The notes under the pieces: generated by a model
The model's database searches: none
Told to the model about the DNA's origin: nothing
Seen by the model: only the letters and a program-made list of their open reading frames with translations
In this document: one piece after another, positions 60,386 to 64,000 of the stretch
Numbering within the stretch: the first letter of the stretch is position 1
How the letters are laid out: the number at the start of each line of letters is the position of its first letter
Origin: Longimicrobiales bacterium
GTDB lineage: Bacteria; Gemmatimonadota; Gemmatimonadetes; Longimicrobiales; Gaopeijiaceae
Direction of reading: 5' to 3'
DNA length: 64,000 nt
NCBI GenBank assembly: GCA_965204735.1
Contig: OZ242008.1
Span: 1,088,001-1,152,000 of the forward strand
Translations under genes and position numbers: made by a program

Positions 60386-60468
60386 GGTGGGGTACCGAAG
60401 CGGCCAACCGGGGCAGACTGTAAATCTGCTGGCTCACGCCTACGTAGGTTCGAATCCTACCCCCACCA
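60386..60468 (+). tRNA. tRNA-Tyr (GTA)
   Basis: GGTGGGG/CCCCACC acceptor stem, GCAGA-CTGTAAA-TCTGC anticodon arm and a long variable arm. Confidence 0.95.
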
Positions 60469-60506
60469 CTGGACGGGCCTCCCTTCGCGGGGAAGCTCGT
60501 CCTGCC

Positions 60507-60580
60507 GCGGGAGTAGCTCAGTTGGCTAGAGCGTCAGCCTTCCAAGCTGAGGGTCGCCGGTTCGAGTCCGGTCTCCCGCT
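60507..60580 (+). tRNA. tRNA-Gly (TCC)
   Basis: GCGGGAG/CTCCCGC acceptor stem and TCAGC-CTTCCAA-GCTGA anticodon arm. Confidence 0.95.
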
Positions 60581-60657
60581 CTCCCGCCGGCCCGGCGGAG
60601 CGGACGGCCTGGAGGCGGGTCGCGTCTCCGGAGCCGGTCCGGCGGGCCACGAGCGGC

Positions 60658-60729
60658 GCTCTGGTAGCTCAGTGGTAGAGCGCTTCCTTGGTAAGGAAGA
60701 GGTCGCGGGTTCGATCCCCGCCCAGAGCT
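60658..60729 (+). tRNA. tRNA-Thr (GGT)
   Basis: GCTCTGG/CCAGAGC acceptor stem and CTTCC-TTGGTAA-GGAAG anticodon arm. Confidence 0.95.
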
Positions 60730-60855
60730 TCGGCGGGACGAGGAGCGTTCCCGGCCTCCGCACCGGCAGGGCCCCCGCTTCGGCGGCCGGCTCGAGCGAC
60801 AGCGCAGCAAGGACACCCGGTCCGCCAGGACCCGCACGCGACTGAAGGAGACAGC

Positions 60856-62046
<1,191 letters not shown>

Positions 62047-62059
62047 CGGAGCGAGGATC

Positions 62060-62266
62060 ATGTCGCGTCTCTCCAACGCCAAGACGTTCGCCGAAGAGTG
62101 CGTGGCCGAGATGGGCAAGGTCACGTGGCCCGACCGGGAGCAGCTCCGCAACGCCACCTGGGTGGTGATCCTCTTCACGATCCTGATCTCCGCGGTCATC
62201 TGGCTCATGGACACCGCCTCCCGGCTGGTCATCGCCGACTTCATCATGGGACTCTTCGCTTCTTGA
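62060..62266 (+). CDS. secE: preprotein translocase subunit SecE
   Basis: EMGKVTWP followed by a single TM; located before nusG. Confidence 0.93.
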   Translation: MSRLSNAKTFAEECVAEMGKVTWPDREQLRNATWVVILFTILISAVIWLMDTASRLVIADFIMGLFAS

Positions 62267-62829
62267 GCGGCGAGGAACGCTGGTACGCGCTTCAGACCCA
62301 ATCCCGCCACGAAAACCGGGTCAGGCGCTTGATCCAGCAGGAGATCGACGAGGAAATGGAGCGCATCAAGGCGCGCAAGGAGGCCGCAGGAACCGAGCCG
62401 GACATTCGAGAGGTCCTGGTCCCCACCCACGAGGTCGTGGAGATCCGAAAGGGAAAGCGGGTTCCCGTGACCAAGCCCGTGTACCCGGGCTACCTGCTGG
62501 TGCGGATGGTGCTGAACGAAGAGAGCGAGCACGTGATCGCCGGGATGAAGGGAGTGCGGTTCGTCACGCACGGAGACGACCCCCAGCCCCTGAGCAAGGA
62601 GGACGTGAACCGGATCAGGGGCGTCGAGGACGAGGACGAACCCGGCGTCCGCGACGAGATCCCCTTCCGTCCCGGCCAGGCCGTGGAGGTGATCCAAGGC
62701 CCGTTCACCGAGTTTTCGGGCACCGTTCAGGAGGTCTACGCCGACAAGGGCAAGGTGAAGGTCGAGGTCTCGCTCTTCGGCCGCCCGACCTCGGTGGAGC
62801 TGGACTTCACCCAGTTGAAGGGGTTCTAG
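62263..62829 (+). CDS. nusG: transcription termination/antitermination factor NusG
   Basis: WYALQT, YPGYLLV, KOW motif GPFTEFSG and [17 protein letters not shown] overlap with secE. Confidence 0.95.
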   Translation: MSGEERWYALQTQSRHENRVRRLIQQEIDEEMERIKARKEAAGTEPDIREVLVPTHEVVEIRKGKRVPVTKPVYPGYLLVRMVLNEESEHVIAGMKGVRFVTHGDDPQPLSKEDVNRIRGVEDEDEPGVRDEIPFRPGQAVEVIQGPFTEFSGTVQEVYADKGKVKVEVSLFGRPTSVELDFTQLKGF

Positions 62830-62853
62830 GAGCCCCCCTGCCGAAGGCGCGTC

Positions 62854-63300
62854 ATGGCCAAGCCAACGAAGAAGACCCTGGGCTTCGTGAAGCTCCAGAT
62901 CCCCGCCGGCCAAGCAAATCCGGCGCCGCCGGTAGGGCCGGCCCTGGGACAGTACGGCGTCAACATCATGGACTTCTGCAAGCAGTTCAACGCCAAGACC
63001 CAGAAGCAGAGCGGCACCCTGGTGCCGGTGGAGATCACCGTCTGGGCCGACCGGTCCTTTTCCTTCGTCACCAAGACGCCCCCGGCCTCCTTTCTCATCA
63101 AGAAGGCCGCAGGCCTCGAGAAGGGCTCCCAGGAGCCCCAGGCCACGAAGGTGGCGGCCCTGACCGCGGCGCAGGTCCGGGAGATCGCGGAAGCCAAGAT
63201 GCCGGACCTCAACACCAACGACGTGGGCTCCGCCATGAGGATGATCAAGGGCACCGCGCGCTCCATGGGGATCACCGTGGACGGCGAGCTGGAGGCCTGA
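62854..63300 (+). CDS. rplK: 50S ribosomal protein L11
   Basis: Motifs [36 protein letters not shown] and GTARSMG. Confidence 0.98.
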   Translation: MAKPTKKTLGFVKLQIPAGQANPAPPVGPALGQYGVNIMDFCKQFNAKTQKQSGTLVPVEITVWADRSFSFVTKTPPASFLIKKAAGLEKGSQEPQATKVAALTAAQVREIAEAKMPDLNTNDVGSAMRMIKGTARSMGITVDGELEA

Positions 63301-63311
63301 GGAGAGAAGAG

Positions 63312-64000
63312 ATGCCCAAGCGAGGCAAGAAGTACGGCGAAGCACGCCACTCCTGCGACCGCAGCGTCCGGCGCTTGCCCGGCGACGCCCTCGGGCAGGT
63401 GAAGGAGATGGCCTTCGCCGGCTTCGACGAGAGCGTGGACGTGGCGGCGCACCTGGGAGTGGACCCGCGAAAGGCCGACCAGATCGTGCGCGGCACCGTC
63501 GTGCTGCCCCACGGAATCGGCAAGCCGGTCCGGGTCCTGGCGATCTGCCAGGGCGAGAAGGAGGAAGAGGCCCAGTCGGCCGGCGCCGACTTCGTGGGCG
63601 TCGAGTACGTGGACAAGATTCGCGAGGGATGGCTGGAGTTCGACGTCTGCGTGGCCACCCCGGACCTGATGAGCAAGGTCGGCCCGCTGGGCCGGATACT
63701 CGGCCCCCGAGGCCTGATGCCCACGCCGAAGGCCGGAACGGTCACGCCCGCGGTCGGCGCCGCGATCGAGGAGATCAAGGCCGGCAAGATCGAGTACCGG
63801 GTGGACAAGACGGGCAACCTTCACGCCCCGATCGGTCGAGTGTCCTTCGACGTCGACCGCCTGGAGGAGAACCTGACCGCCTTCATGGCCTCGGTCCTGC
63901 GGGCCAAGCCTGCCGCGGCCAAGGGCGCCTACGTCAAGAGCGTGACCGTGTCGAGCACCATGGGGCCGGGCGTCCCCGTCGATCCCAACAGCTTCACCCG
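63312..64000 (+). CDS. rplA: 50S ribosomal protein L1 (3' end truncated by window)
   Basis: [14 protein letters not shown]...[37 protein letters not shown] and SSTMGPG. Absent from the ORF track because it has no stop in the window. Confidence 0.97.
   Translation, partial: MPKRGKKYGEARHSCDRSVRRLPGDALGQVKEMAFAGFDESVDVAAHLGVDPRKADQIVRGTVVLPHGIGKPVRVLAICQGEKEEEAQSAGADFVGVEYVDKIREGWLEFDVCVATPDLMSKVGPLGRILGPRGLMPTPKAGTVTPAVGAAIEEIKAGKIEYRVDKTGNLHAPIGRVSFDVDRLEENLTAFMASVLRAKPAAAKGAYVKSVTVSSTMGPGVPVDPNSFT

Overview
Very GC-rich bacterial chromosomal segment made mostly of housekeeping genes. The gene content and order suggest Gemmatimonadota, but this is inference. It holds about 57 CDSs and 5 tRNAs, with no integrase, transposase, phage or cas gene. 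From left to right: (1) acyl-CoA/branched-chain amino acid catabolism genes, glyA, nnr, thiL, plsC, eno and ftsB; (2) an SPFH protein and tRNA-Met; (3) a six-gene MoxR AAA+/DUF58/RDD-SpoIIM membrane module; (4) a DUF1028 protein, a fused E1 alpha-beta 2-oxoacid dehydrogenase and a YyaL protein; (5) coaE, nrnA, a Fur-family gene, ccdA and an ABC exporter; (6) an envelope locus with a frameshifted lipoprotein, murQ, two tandem GT-C glycosyltransferases and a metalloprotease-propeller-Omp85 protein; (7) class II RNR nrdJ with tandem NrdR boxes; (8) an amidohydrolase, a nitrilase, rocD, a YggX-like and a DksA-like gene, rnd, pyk, pgi, a transaldolase, an L,D-transpeptidase, smpB, pyrD, pyrF and cysS; (9) the tRNA-Thr/Tyr/Gly/Thr, tuf, secE, nusG, rplK, rplA cluster. 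The best candidates for uncharacterised biology are the envelope glycosylation/Omp85 locus, the MoxR module, a cas-less CRISPR-like 3-repeat element and several intergenic repeats or structured elements. None of these is proven novel from sequence alone. Most long ORFs in the supplied track are GC-driven shadow frames.
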